NCBI GenBank assembly: GCA_913055155.1
Contig: CAJXJR010000016.1
Location: 19,003 to 83,002 of the forward strand
DNA from: an uncultured Erythrobacter sp.
GTDB lineage: Bacteria > Pseudomonadota > Alphaproteobacteria > Sphingomonadales > Sphingomonadaceae
DNA: 64,000 nucleotides
Reading direction: 5' to 3'
The translations under genes and the position numbers were made by a program. The notes below the pieces were generated by a model, which was not told the DNA's origin, ran no database searches, and was given only the letters and a program-made list of their open reading frames with translations. Of this stretch, positions 49,075-58,879 are shown piece by piece; within the stretch, counting starts at the first letter, position 1; each line of letters opens with the position of its first letter.

Positions 49075-51909
49075 TCAGTGCGCGGCATCCCAGCTGGTGC
49101 CGGTGCCGATCTCGATGCCCAGCGGCACGCTCAGCTTGACGGCAGGCAAGGCTGCATCGGCCATCACCCGTTCGATCACCGGGGAGGCTGCATCCACGTC
49201 GCCTTCGGGCAGTTCGAACACCAGTTCGTCGTGCACCTGCAGCAGCATGCGTACGTGACCAAGGCCTGCCTCTGCCAGCGCGGGCAGCATGCGGGCCATG
49301 GCGCGCTTGATGATATCGGCGCTGGTGCCCTGGATCGGCGCGTTGATCGCCGCGCGTTCGGAGCCCTGGCGCTCGGCCTGGTTCTTCGAATTGATGCGCG
49401 GGAACCACGTCTTGCGGCCGAACAGGGTCTCCGAATAACCCTTCTCGCGCACGCTCTCCAGCGTTTCGTGGATATAGCTCTGGATGCCGGGGAAGCGCTT
49501 GAAATAGGTGTCGATCACTTCCTGCGCTTCGTCCGGTTCCACGCCAAGCCGGCCCGCCAGGCCCCAGCGCGAAATGCCGTAGAGGATGGCGAAGTTGATG
49601 GTCTTGGCCTTGGCGCGCGTGTCGCGGTCGACCTCGCCGTACATCTCCTTCGCCGTGCGGGCGTGGATGTCCTCGCCCTGTTCGAAGGCCTCTTTCAGCT
49701 CCGGCACGTCGGCCATGTGCGCGGCCAGCCGCAATTCGATCTGCGAATAGTCGGCCGCCAGCAGCACGTTGCCGGTTTCGGGCACGAAGGCCTTGCGGAT
49801 CTCGCGCCCGATCTCGGTGCGGATGGGGATGTTCTGCAAGTTGGGATCGGTAGAGGACAGGCGGCCCGTCTGCGCGCCTACCAGCGAATAACTGGTGTGC
49901 ACGCGGCCTGTGTTCGGGTTGATCGCTTCCTGCAGGGCATCGGTATAGGTCGATTTCAGCTTCGAAAGCTGGCGGTATTCCAGCACCTTGTCGGCAATCG
50001 TCGCACCTTGCGCGCTGAGCTTTTCCAGCACCGACTGGTCAGTCGAGTACTGCCCGCTCTTGCCCTTGCGCCCGCCCTTGTACCCCAGCTTGTCGAACAG
50101 CACTTCGCCCAGCTGCTTGGGGCTGCCGATGGTGAACTCCTCGCCGGCTTCCTCGTGGATCTCCTTCTCGATCCGCGCGGTGGTCTCGGCAAACTGTTCG
50201 GACAGGCGCGACAGCGCGGCGCGGTCTACCTTGATGCCTTCACGCTCCATGCCTGCCACAACCGGGATCAGCGGGCGATCGACCCGTTCGTAGACGCGGG
50301 TTGCCCCTTCCACCGGAAGGCGGCGATAGAGGTGCTGGTAGAGGCGCCAGGTCACGTCGGCATCTTCCGCCGCATATTCGGTGGCCTTGTCCAGCGGCAC
50401 CTGGCCGAAGGGGATGGCCTTCTTGCCCGTGCCGCACACGTCCTTGAACTTCAGGCAGGTGTGGCCAAGGTGGCGCTCGGCCAGTTCGTCCATCCCGTGG
50501 CCGCCGCCGACACCGCTTTCCTCGCGGCCAGCGTCCATGGCGAAGCTGATGACCATGGTATCGTGGATCGGCGCCACCTCGATGTCGTAACGCGCCAGCA
50601 CGTTGAGGTCGTACTTGATGTTCTGCCCCACCTTCAGCACGGCATCGCTTTCCAGCAGCGGCTTGATCGCGGCCAGCGCCTGGTCACGATCGACCTGTGC
50701 GGGCTTCTCGTCGAACATGTCGTCGCTGCCGTGGGCCAGCGGCACGTAGCAGGCATCGTTGGGGCCAAGCGCAAGGCTGAAACCGACGAGGTCGGCCTGC
50801 ATGGCATCGAGGTCGCTGGTTTCGGTATCGACCGCCACCAGCCGTGCGGCAAAGGCGCGTTCGACCCACTCTTCCAGACGCTCCATCGTCTGCACACATT
50901 CGTAGGCGCTGCGATCCACATCCGGCCAATCGGGCAGCGGCTGGCTGTTGCCTTCGCCGGAGGCTGCTGCGCCCTTGGTATCGGCCTTGGCCGGATTCAG
51001 GTCGTTGGGCTTGTCCGGGCTGCCGGTGCCTGCGTCCAGCCGTCGCAGCAGGCTGTTGAAGCCGTGCGTTTCGAGGAATTGCGCCAGCGGTCCGGGCGGC
51101 ACGCCGTCCAGCTTGAAATCCTCGAGCGGCTGGGGAAGTTCGCAATCCTCCTTCAGCGTGACGAGTACCCGGCTGAGTTCGGCATCCTCGCGGTGCTCCA
51201 GCAAGCGTTCCTTCAGCTTGGACTTCTTCATGTCTTCCGCCGCATCGAGAGCCGCCTGGAGGCTGCCATGCTCTGCGATCAGCTTGCTGGCGGTCTTGGG
51301 GCCGACACCGAAGATGCCGGGAATGTTGTCGACCGAATCGCCCATCAGCGCGAGCACGTCGCCCACTTTCTCTGGCGGCACGCCGAACTTCTCTTCGACC
51401 TCGGGGATATAGATGCGCGCGTTCTTCATCGTATCGAGCATGTCGATGCGGGCGCCGTCCTTTTCGCCCACCAACTGCATCAGGTCCTTGTCGGAGGACA
51501 CGATGGTGACATCCCATCCCTTGGCCTGCGCAGCGCGGGCATAGCTGGCGATGATATCGTCTGCCTCGACATCGGGTTCCTCGATGCAGGGCAGCGAAAA
51601 GGCGCGCGTCGCGTCGCGAATCAGCGGGAACTGCGGCACCAGGTCTTCGGGCGGCGGCGGCCGGTTGGCCTTGTACTGGTCGTAGATATCATTGCGGAAG
51701 CTCTTGCTCGACTTGTCGAGAATCACGGCCAGGTGCGTGGGACCTTCGGCCTTGTCGAGATCCTCTGCCAGCTTCCACAGCATGGTGGTGTAGCCATAGA
51801 CCGCGCCCACGGGCGTCCCTTCCGGATTCGTCAGGGGCGGCAGACGGTGGTAAGCGCGGAAGATATAGGCCGAGCCATCGACCAGGTAGAGATGCTGTTT
51901 ATCGGGCAT
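49075..51909 (-). CDS. polA: DNA polymerase I
   Basis: 944 aa with 5'-nuclease, 3'-5' exonuclease and polymerase domains (motif A DYSQIELR, motif B RRAAKAINFGxxYG-like). Confidence 0.97.
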   Translation of the reverse strand: MPDKQHLYLVDGSAYIFRAYHRLPPLTNPEGTPVGAVYGYTTMLWKLAEDLDKAEGPTHLAVILDKSSKSFRNDIYDQYKANRPPPPEDLVPQFPLIRDATRAFSLPCIEEPDVEADDIIASYARAAQAKGWDVTIVSSDKDLMQLVGEKDGARIDMLDTMKNARIYIPEVEEKFGVPPEKVGDVLALMGDSVDNIPGIFGVGPKTASKLIAEHGSLQAALDAAEDMKKSKLKERLLEHREDAELSRVLVTLKEDCELPQPLEDFKLDGVPPGPLAQFLETHGFNSLLRRLDAGTGSPDKPNDLNPAKADTKGAAASGEGNSQPLPDWPDVDRSAYECVQTMERLEEWVERAFAARLVAVDTETSDLDAMQADLVGFSLALGPNDACYVPLAHGSDDMFDEKPAQVDRDQALAAIKPLLESDAVLKVGQNIKYDLNVLARYDIEVAPIHDTMVISFAMDAGREESGVGGGHGMDELAERHLGHTCLKFKDVCGTGKKAIPFGQVPLDKATEYAAEDADVTWRLYQHLYRRLPVEGATRVYERVDRPLIPVVAGMEREGIKVDRAALSRLSEQFAETTARIEKEIHEEAGEEFTIGSPKQLGEVLFDKLGYKGGRKGKSGQYSTDQSVLEKLSAQGATIADKVLEYRQLSKLKSTYTDALQEAINPNTGRVHTSYSLVGAQTGRLSSTDPNLQNIPIRTEIGREIRKAFVPETGNVLLAADYSQIELRLAAHMADVPELKEAFEQGEDIHARTAKEMYGEVDRDTRAKAKTINFAILYGISRWGLAGRLGVEPDEAQEVIDTYFKRFPGIQSYIHETLESVREKGYSETLFGRKTWFPRINSKNQAERQGSERAAINAPIQGTSADIIKRAMARMLPALAEAGLGHVRMLLQVHDELVFELPEGDVDAASPVIERVMADAALPAVKLSVPLGIEIGTGTSWDAAH

Positions 51910-52114
51910 TTCCGCCTGCTAGCATGGGCGTTCCCCGGCTGTAAGCATCAAAGATTCCGCCTTATTGTTGCCTTCGGTTCGCCGCAATTGCGCCATAATG
52001 TGCTTGCGTGGGTCAAAATGTGGCATTATTTAGGCAGCAGAACTGGCGGGAAGGCCGGTTCCGGGACCGGCATCAGCCATTCCCACAATTATGCAATTCA
52101 AGGGGTTTATACCT

Positions 52115-52372
52115 ATGCGTAAGATCGTTCTCGTCGCTGCCGCCGCTGGCGCTGCTCTGACCCTCGCCGCTTGCGGCGAAACCGCTTCGGAAGACGCCAC
52201 CGACGCCATGGAAGAAGTTTCGGCTGACGCTGAAGCCAACATGGAAGCCATGGAAGAAACCGCTGACGAAGCCGTCGCCGACGCCGAAGCCAGCATGGAC
52301 GAAGCTACCGACGCCGTCGAAGAAATGGCTGACGACGCTGAAGCCACCATGGAAGAAGAAGCTGCCGAGTAA
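52115..52372 (+). CDS. small acidic repeat lipoprotein
   Basis: Lipobox LAACG followed by ~65 residues made almost only of A/D/E/M/T repeats (ADAEANMEAMEE..., ADAEASMDEA..., DDAEATMEEE). AAGGGG lies upstream of the ATG at 52115. Confidence 0.6.
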   Translation: MRKIVLVAAAAGAALTLAACGETASEDATDAMEEVSADAEANMEAMEETADEAVADAEASMDEATDAVEEMADDAEATMEEEAAE

Positions 52373-52486
52373 TCCTCGCAGCCTTCCAGGCTTTACACGG
52401 ATTGAGGGCGTGGCCAGCGATGGCCGCGCCCTTTTTCCATGCCTGAAAGGTATTTGCTCCGGGCGGGGCGCCCTGTTGCAGCTGCC

Positions 52487-53566
52487 TCAGCGCGCGGCAG
52501 CTGCTGGTGCTGCATATTCGGCGTTGGCAAAGGCCCGGCCGTCTGCCTGCTCGGCATAGCCATCGTAGAGGGCCCGCGCGATCGAGGCGATCCGCGAATC
52601 GCGCAAGGCGCGTGCCCGGCTCTTGTTCGCGTTCTCGTCTGCCTGCGAAGCGCTTTGCCCGGTGACGTAGATGGCCATGGCGATGGCGCGTCCATCGGGC
52701 ATCTCGACGATCCCGATGTCGCCGGCCAGGCGATTGAGCGTGCCGGTCTTGTGCGCCACCGTGACGCCTTCGGGCATGCCGGCTCTGATGCGGCGGCGAC
52801 CCGTGCGGCACCGTTCCATGGCATCCAGGATAATGTGGCGGCTCTCCGGGCTCAGCCATTCACCCTGGTAGATGCCGGCCAGCAGGCGCACCATGGTCTC
52901 GGGCGTGGCGCTGTCGCGCATGTCGATGTAGGTGGCCGGGTCGAATTCGCGATCGTCGCGCACCAGCGTGGCGATGTCGCGGTCGAGGCTGAAATCGGTC
53001 AGGCCTGCGCGGCGCGCCCAGTCGTTCACCGCCTCGGGGCCGCCCACGGCAGCCAGCAGCGCATCGGTGGCAGGGTTGGAACTGCGTGTCAGACTGAGAT
53101 CGATCAGTTCTGCCGCGGTCATGTACTCGCCTTCGCGCACCGGCGCGGCGGCAGTGGAAAACGGCTGCGATCGCACGGCCCACAGCAGCGGGAATTCGCT
53201 GGTCAGGCTCCAGCGACCCTGGTCCACCCCTTCAAGGTAGGTGGCGGCAATGGCGATCTTGCTGGTCGAGGCCATGGGAAAGCGCTGGTCGCCCAGCACC
53301 GACACTTCCTCTCCGGTGGCAAGGTCGATCGCGGCAACGCCGATGCGGCCGTCGCTGCCATCGGCCAGTTGCGCAATACGCCGTTCCAGCGGCGTGCTCG
53401 GCTCTTCGAGGAACTGCGGCGGTTCGCGGACTTCGGTGCCAAAGGCGCTGTCGAACGCGCTTTCGAAATCACCGGTGGCGCCTTGCGCCTGCGCGCTCGC
53501 GCTCGCCAAGGGGGCGAGAGCCAATGCCAGTAGCGCAATAATACGTGCGATCACCGAAGTATCCAT
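52487..53566 (-). CDS. serine hydrolase, class A beta-lactamase-related
   Basis: Signal peptide plus SxxK (STSK), SxN (SSN) and KTG (HKTGT) motifs. Confidence 0.8.
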   Translation of the reverse strand: MDTSVIARIIALLALALAPLASASAQAQGATGDFESAFDSAFGTEVREPPQFLEEPSTPLERRIAQLADGSDGRIGVAAIDLATGEEVSVLGDQRFPMASTSKIAIAATYLEGVDQGRWSLTSEFPLLWAVRSQPFSTAAAPVREGEYMTAAELIDLSLTRSSNPATDALLAAVGGPEAVNDWARRAGLTDFSLDRDIATLVRDDREFDPATYIDMRDSATPETMVRLLAGIYQGEWLSPESRHIILDAMERCRTGRRRIRAGMPEGVTVAHKTGTLNRLAGDIGIVEMPDGRAIAMAIYVTGQSASQADENANKSRARALRDSRIASIARALYDGYAEQADGRAFANAEYAAPAAAAR

Positions 53567-53710
53567 ACCGTGGACGTTGCCAGAAACGTGCTTATCAATT
53601 GCTTAATAGCACACGGTCTGGCGATGGGCGCGCGACGAATCGCGCCGGATTGGCGACGTATCGAGTCGCGCAGGCCGAAAACGGCCCGGTTCTGCCGGAA
53701 TCCTGCTGCT

Positions 53711-54118
53711 TCAGGTGTTGGCAAGAACCTTTTCGACCTTGTCCAGCGGCTCGTGCGCCAGCGCCTTGTCGACCTCTGCCGCCAGCCGCTTTACCAGCTC
53801 TGGATGGTAGTGGCGCCGCATTTCGCCCAGCGTCTTGGGATCGGCGATCACCACCAGGTCTTCGAAGGTTCCGGCAATGGCCTTGGCATTGAGCCACTCT
53901 GCCGCCGCTGCGGCATGCGCCAGTTCATCGAGGTCGGTCTTGCCCTTTAGCTGGCTGGCATCGTCCTGGTTCCTCACCGCCGCGCTGTAGTTGCTCGGAT
54001 CGAGCGAGGGCTCCTCCAGAACGGACAGCTTGGGCTCGAAGATCGGCCCAACGTTGCGCAGCACCAGGAAGCGGGTGCCATCGACCAGTGCGACATGAGC
54101 CTTGTGCGGAACCTTCAT
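53711..54118 (-). CDS. host attachment protein family (PF10116-like)
   Basis: MKVPHKAHVALVDGTRFLVLRNVG... and the C-terminal VVIADPKTLGEMR are typical of the family. ATG at 54118 has AGGAGA upstream. Confidence 0.7.
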   Translation of the reverse strand: MKVPHKAHVALVDGTRFLVLRNVGPIFEPKLSVLEEPSLDPSNYSAAVRNQDDASQLKGKTDLDELAHAAAAAEWLNAKAIAGTFEDLVVIADPKTLGEMRRHYHPELVKRLAAEVDKALAHEPLDKVEKVLANT

Positions 54119-54190
54119 CGGGCTTTTCTCCTGCTTTTTGCTTTCGTGCAACCAACGCTCGCGACCGGGAAACGTGCCGCAAAAAAGGGC

Positions 54191-54982
54191 CTATTCGGGC
54201 TTGCGCAGACGCCAGGCGAACTGGTCGGTATTTCCACGAATGGAATCGTCGAACACATTGGCCGTGCGTGGATCGTCGGGGCGGGAATACAGGTCCGATT
54301 CCGCTTCCAGTTCGAAGCCGACTGCGGTGAGGGCATCCAGCGCCAGTTGCGCATCCATGCGGTGCAGTTCGTCCGCTGCCTCCGCCCCGCCGTCTTCGGC
54401 GGCCAGATGATCGACCACCACCAGCGTGCCGCCGGGCTTAAGCGAATCGTACAGCATCTGGATTGCCGCGTCGGCCGTGCCTTCGGGCATCTGCGAGATA
54501 TACAGGTCGTGCAGGTTCATCACCGTGATGATGGTGTCGAGCGGCTCGGGCCAGCCGGGATCGGTGATAGGGCCGCGCAGCGGGAAGACGCGCACGGGAT
54601 TGCCGTTATCGTCGGAATAGGGCGCGACTGCAGCATCCTGCTCGTCCGCATATTCGGGCCGGAAGGCGATGAATTCTTCCGGCTGGAAGGCATAGACCTT
54701 GCCATCGGCCCCTACCGCCATGGCCAGCAGCCGGGTCATGTAGCCGCCGCCCATGATATAGTCGCCAACCACTTCACCCTTGTCGATCTGGGCAAAGGCC
54801 AGCAGCTCGCCGGGCTGGCGCGCCTCGTCATACTGGCGATCATCCATGCGCGCGACATCGTTGATCGCCTGCATGTAGCTGCGCGCCGAATATTGCGTCG
54901 TTTCGGTTTCCCCGGTGTCGGCATCGCCGCCGCAGGCCGACAGGCCGACCAGCAGGGCGGTGGCAAAGATCGCTGCACGCAT
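54191..54982 (-). CDS. methyltransferase-fold lipoprotein (COG4798-like predicted methyltransferase)
   Basis: Lipobox LSACGG, a degenerate motif I (VVGDYIMGGGYMT) and motif LKPGGTLVVVDH. ATG at 54982 has GGGGAGAAG upstream. Confidence 0.65.
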   Translation of the reverse strand: MRAAIFATALLVGLSACGGDADTGETETTQYSARSYMQAINDVARMDDRQYDEARQPGELLAFAQIDKGEVVGDYIMGGGYMTRLLAMAVGADGKVYAFQPEEFIAFRPEYADEQDAAVAPYSDDNGNPVRVFPLRGPITDPGWPEPLDTIITVMNLHDLYISQMPEGTADAAIQMLYDSLKPGGTLVVVDHLAAEDGGAEAADELHRMDAQLALDALTAVGFELEAESDLYSRPDDPRTANVFDDSIRGNTDQFAWRLRKPE

Positions 54983-55149
54983 AAGGCTTCTTCTCCCCTC
55001 GTTCACTCGTGGCGAAAGCTAACCCTATGTGCAGGCCGCGGCAAGCGGCCTCGCACAAACATTGCCTGCCCAAGGTCCCGTCTTGACGGATGGGCCATTC
55101 GCAGGGCCTATGGGTGCAGATGAAACCAGTCTTTCGGGGAACCACGCAC

Positions 55150-57435
55150 ATGACCACCACCACCACTCGCCTGCGGCTTGCCACCGGCGCATCACTCGCC
55201 GCCCTGCTTCTGGCAAGCGGGGCCAGCGTGGCCGCGCAGGAAGTGACCATCGTCCAGCCCGGCCCTGTCGGCGCGCAGCCACGCACGCTGAGCGAGGAAG
55301 AGGCAATCGACCTTGCGCGCAACGGCTATTCCCCGGCGGATGTCGCCTTCATGCAGGGCATGATCGTGCACCACCAGCAGGCCGTCGACATGGCGGCGCT
55401 GGCGGCCGATCGCACCAGCACGCCCGAGATCCTGGCCATCGCTGGGCGCATCGATGCCTCGCAGGAGGACGAGATCGAATTCATGCGCGGCTGGCTGACC
55501 GATCGGGGCGAGCCGGTGGAAATGGCGGGCATGGGCCATGCCCACCACGCCGACATGCAGGGCATGGCCAGCCCCGAGCAGATGGCCGCGCTGGCCGAGG
55601 CGCGCGGTACCAATTTCGACCGGCTGTTCCTGGAGCTGATGGTGCGCCACCACCAGGGCGCGGTGTACATGGTGGAAGACCTGCACAACCAGCGCGGCAC
55701 CGCCGCAGACCCGGTGATGTACGAATTCACCAGCGAGGTTGTGAACGACCAGAACGCCGAGATCGAGCGGATGAACGCCTTTCTCGCCAGCCTCTCCGAC
55801 GATCCGCGCGCCACGCTGGCGGCAGGCCTGTTCGATGCGGGCGAGGCAATCCTCAACCTTCGCCACGTGGCTTCGCTGCGCAAGCCCGCAGGGTTCTTCG
55901 ATCCGGAGAACCCCGGCGACCTGCGTCCCGAAATTCCCGAGGAGGAGGAAGGGGAGGCCGCCGAAGCGATGGCAGGCCACGAGGGCCATGCCGACCACGC
56001 CGATCACGCGATGATGGCAGGCGGCGACCAGCCTCGCGATCCGGAGGAAGAGGAAGAAGAACGCCGCTTTGCCGAACGCGGCGGGCTGCTGGACTTTGCC
56101 AACACCGACATCGCCTTCTCCGGCGACATGATGGTGGCGGGCAACTACCATGGCTTCAACGCCTATCGCCTGGGCGAGGACGGCGTGCCGACGCTGGTCA
56201 GCTCGGTCGTCTGCCCCGGCGGGCAGGGCGACGTATCGATCGCGGGCGACCTTCTGATCATGAGCGTGGAGGAAACGCGCGGGCGCACCGACTGCGGCCT
56301 GGAAGGCGTGACCGACCGGGTGAGCGAAGACCGCTTCCGCGGCCTGCGCATCTTCGACATCTCCGATATCACCCGCCCGGTGCAGGTGGGGCAGGTGCAG
56401 ACCTGCCGCGGCAGTCACACCCATTCCATCGTCACGCAGACCGATGACGCCCTTATCGTCTACAACTCCGGCACCGGTTCGGTGCGCGAGGAAGAGGAGC
56501 TGTCGTTCTGCATCGGCGACGTGCCGGGCGACGATCGCACCGCGCTGTTCAGCATCGACGTGATCGAAATCCCGCTGGCCAATCCGGGCGCGGCGCACAT
56601 CGTTTCCTCCCCGCGCGTCTTCGCCGACCCCGAGACCGGGCGGCTGGCCGGCCTGTGGCAGGGCGGCGACCACGGCGACGACACGCAGGACACCAACCGC
56701 ACCGACCAGTGCCACGACATCACCGTCTTCCCCAGCCTGAACATCGCCGCCGGCGCGTGCTCGGGCAACGGCATCGTGTTCGACATTTCCGACCCGCTGA
56801 ATCCCACCCGCATGGACGAGGTGGTGGATGAAGGCTTCGCCTACTGGCACTCGGCCACCTTCAACAACGATGGCACCGTGGTGCTGTTCACCGATGAATG
56901 GGGCGGTGGCGGTCGGCCGCGCTGCCGCGCCAGCGATCCGCGCCACTGGGGCGCCGATGCCTTCTACGAAATCGTCGATGGCCAGCTGGAACGACGCGGC
57001 ACCTTCAAGCTGCCCGCACCGCAGGGTGACAAGGAAAACTGCGTCGCGCACAACGGCTCGATCATCCCGGTGCCGGGGCGCGATATCTTCGTGCAGGCAT
57101 GGTACCAGGGCGGCATCTCGGTGATCGACTTCACCGATCCGGCCAATCCGTTCGAAATCGCCTATTTCGATCGCGGCCCGATCAACGACGAGCAGCTGGT
57201 GACCGGCGGCTATTGGTCGGCCTACTGGTACAACGGGCGCATCTACGGCACCGAGATCACCCGCGGTATCGACGTGTTCGCGCTGGAGCCGAGCGAGTTC
57301 CTGACGGCCGAGGAGATCGAAGCAGCGGAAAACGCGGTGCATGCCGACGGCCTGTTCAACCCGCAGACGCAGTACCCGGTGACCTGGAGCGAGGAGCAGG
57401 TCGAGGCGGCCGAACGCAGCCGCATGGGGGGATAG
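55150..57435 (+). CDS. DUF305 domain + LVIVD-repeat beta-propeller protein, secreted
   Basis: Signal peptide (ASGASVAAQ) and DUF305 pairs (FMQGMIVHHQQAVDM; LMVRHHQGAVYM). A His/Glu-rich linker (GHEGHADHADHAMM, EEEEEE) precedes a C-terminal propeller-like repeat region. Alternative starts at 55090 and 55120. Confidence 0.75.
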   Translation: MTTTTTRLRLATGASLAALLLASGASVAAQEVTIVQPGPVGAQPRTLSEEEAIDLARNGYSPADVAFMQGMIVHHQQAVDMAALAADRTSTPEILAIAGRIDASQEDEIEFMRGWLTDRGEPVEMAGMGHAHHADMQGMASPEQMAALAEARGTNFDRLFLELMVRHHQGAVYMVEDLHNQRGTAADPVMYEFTSEVVNDQNAEIERMNAFLASLSDDPRATLAAGLFDAGEAILNLRHVASLRKPAGFFDPENPGDLRPEIPEEEEGEAAEAMAGHEGHADHADHAMMAGGDQPRDPEEEEEERRFAERGGLLDFANTDIAFSGDMMVAGNYHGFNAYRLGEDGVPTLVSSVVCPGGQGDVSIAGDLLIMSVEETRGRTDCGLEGVTDRVSEDRFRGLRIFDISDITRPVQVGQVQTCRGSHTHSIVTQTDDALIVYNSGTGSVREEEELSFCIGDVPGDDRTALFSIDVIEIPLANPGAAHIVSSPRVFADPETGRLAGLWQGGDHGDDTQDTNRTDQCHDITVFPSLNIAAGACSGNGIVFDISDPLNPTRMDEVVDEGFAYWHSATFNNDGTVVLFTDEWGGGGRPRCRASDPRHWGADAFYEIVDGQLERRGTFKLPAPQGDKENCVAHNGSIIPVPGRDIFVQAWYQGGISVIDFTDPANPFEIAYFDRGPINDEQLVTGGYWSAYWYNGRIYGTEITRGIDVFALEPSEFLTAEEIEAAENAVHADGLFNPQTQYPVTWSEEQVEAAERSRMGG

Positions 57436-57440
57436 GAATT

Positions 57441-57548
57441 CTTGTTTTTCGCTCACGCCTCCGCGTGAGCATCCTCGCTAGACGCGCAGCATAGCTGCGC
57501 CCGCTGCGGGCGGGCGTTTGCCCTTGCGGTCGGCTAGTCGCCAACCGA
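57441..57548 (+). repeat. Structured intergenic repeat, copy B (partner at 7364-7485)
   Basis: Starts 6 nt after the stop at 57435. Hairpin GCTCACGC-ctcc-GCGTGAGC lies at 57451-57470, and the same conserved blocks as copy A follow. Confidence 0.8.
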
Positions 57549-57568
57549 GTGACACATCGATGAATTCC

Positions 57569-57832
57569 CTAACCCTTCGGCGCCTTGGGGTAGCGCTTGC
57601 GATACAGCGACCACAGCGGCGAGGTGACGGTAAAGCCGGCCACCGCGCCGCCAAGGTAGATGATGCCTGACTTGCCGCCGCTGTAGCCCAGCTGGTCGGT
57701 GAACAGGTAATAGGCCACCAGGGCACCGGCGATAGTGAAGACGGTGCTCAGCAACACCAGCGGCAGGAACAGGAACCAGTTGTTGCGGGTGCGCGTGTCG
57801 TGGGTGCGCGGGGGCTGGGTGGTTTCGGCCAT
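57569..57832 (-). CDS. hypothetical small membrane protein
   Basis: 87 aa with two TM helices. GAGGGA lies upstream of the ATG at 57832, and the gene is directly downstream of copB. Confidence 0.55.
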   Translation of the reverse strand: MAETTQPPRTHDTRTRNNWFLFLPLVLLSTVFTIAGALVAYYLFTDQLGYSGGKSGIIYLGGAVAGFTVTSPLWSLYRKRYPKAPKG

Positions 57833-57925
57833 GATGTCCCTCGATCCGATGATTTCACCGGGCAGGACCATACCAGCGATATGGCGGCGGCTGGCTACCA
57901 TATCTGTGGTAGCCGGCAGCCAGGC

Positions 57926-58879
57926 TCAGAACCAGAAGCGCAGGCCCAGCAACACCGCCACGCCATCGGGATCGCCGTCCTCGGCGCGGATGAAGTCCGC
58001 CGTGCGGCCTGTCGCCGCTTCGTATTCCACGCCCACATAGGGCGCGAATTCGCGCACGATTTCGTAGCGCAGCCGCGCGCCCAGGTGGATCTTCGACAGC
58101 CCGGCACCCACACCGCGTTCGGGAATGTCCTGCGCGGAAAGCTCTGCCTCCACACGCGGTTGCAGGATCAGGCTCTGGGTCAGGCGCATGTCGTGCTCCG
58201 CCTTGATCCGCCCGGTCAGGTCGCCCTCGTCGGAGAGGAAGGCGGTGGTATCGAAATGCACCATGTAGGGCGCCAGGCCCGATGCGCCCAGGGCAAGGTG
58301 GGCGGTGATATCCGGCTCCACGTCCAGGCGCGCGCCGGCCTGCAAGTCGATGAAGGGGCCGATGGCATGGCTCCACAGCAGCTGCATCTCGGCATCGTCC
58401 ACCGTGCCCCCGAACTCACCGACACCTTCGGTCTTGAATACCACCTTGTCGGTGGCACTGCCGTACCAGCCGCTGACATCCCAGACATAAGTATCGTGCC
58501 CATCGCCAACATGCGCTTCCAGCCGCTCGGCCAGCACCCGGCCTGTCGTCATTCCGCCGTGGGTGGCGTGGTTATAGGCGCGCGCGGCGGCCATCTGGCG
58601 CTGGTCGAAGTAGAGATCGGCAGCATGCTGCGGCCCGTCGAAGGCGCGCGCCGGTGGTGGACCCATGGGGATATCCATCGCCGCGTGGTCCATCTGCCCG
58701 TGCTGGCTGTGGTCCATCTGCGAGTGATCCATCACAGGCTCTTCCTGCGTGTCCATCGCGTGCTGTGCGTGGTCCATCGGCTCCTGCGCGGCAGCGCCGT
58801 GCCCCTCGTGGCCCGAATGGTCCTGCGCGGCGGCGGGGGTGGCGATCAGCGCGGCGGTGGCAAACAACAGCGCGCGCAT
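57926..58879 (-). CDS. copB: copper resistance protein B
   Basis: Signal peptide, Met/His-rich repeats (MDHSQMDHSQHGQMDHAAMD) and an outer-membrane beta-barrel C-terminus ending in F. Confidence 0.9.
   Translation of the reverse strand: MRALLFATAALIATPAAAQDHSGHEGHGAAAQEPMDHAQHAMDTQEEPVMDHSQMDHSQHGQMDHAAMDIPMGPPPARAFDGPQHAADLYFDQRQMAAARAYNHATHGGMTTGRVLAERLEAHVGDGHDTYVWDVSGWYGSATDKVVFKTEGVGEFGGTVDDAEMQLLWSHAIGPFIDLQAGARLDVEPDITAHLALGASGLAPYMVHFDTTAFLSDEGDLTGRIKAEHDMRLTQSLILQPRVEAELSAQDIPERGVGAGLSKIHLGARLRYEIVREFAPYVGVEYEAATGRTADFIRAEDGDPDGVAVLLGLRFWF

Noticed and set aside
53592-53606. TTAT-N7-TTAA near-CtrA box upstream of the beta-lactamase-related gene
   Set aside because: It has one mismatch in a short AT-rich patch, and such matches are expected by chance. 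There is no second supporting feature.
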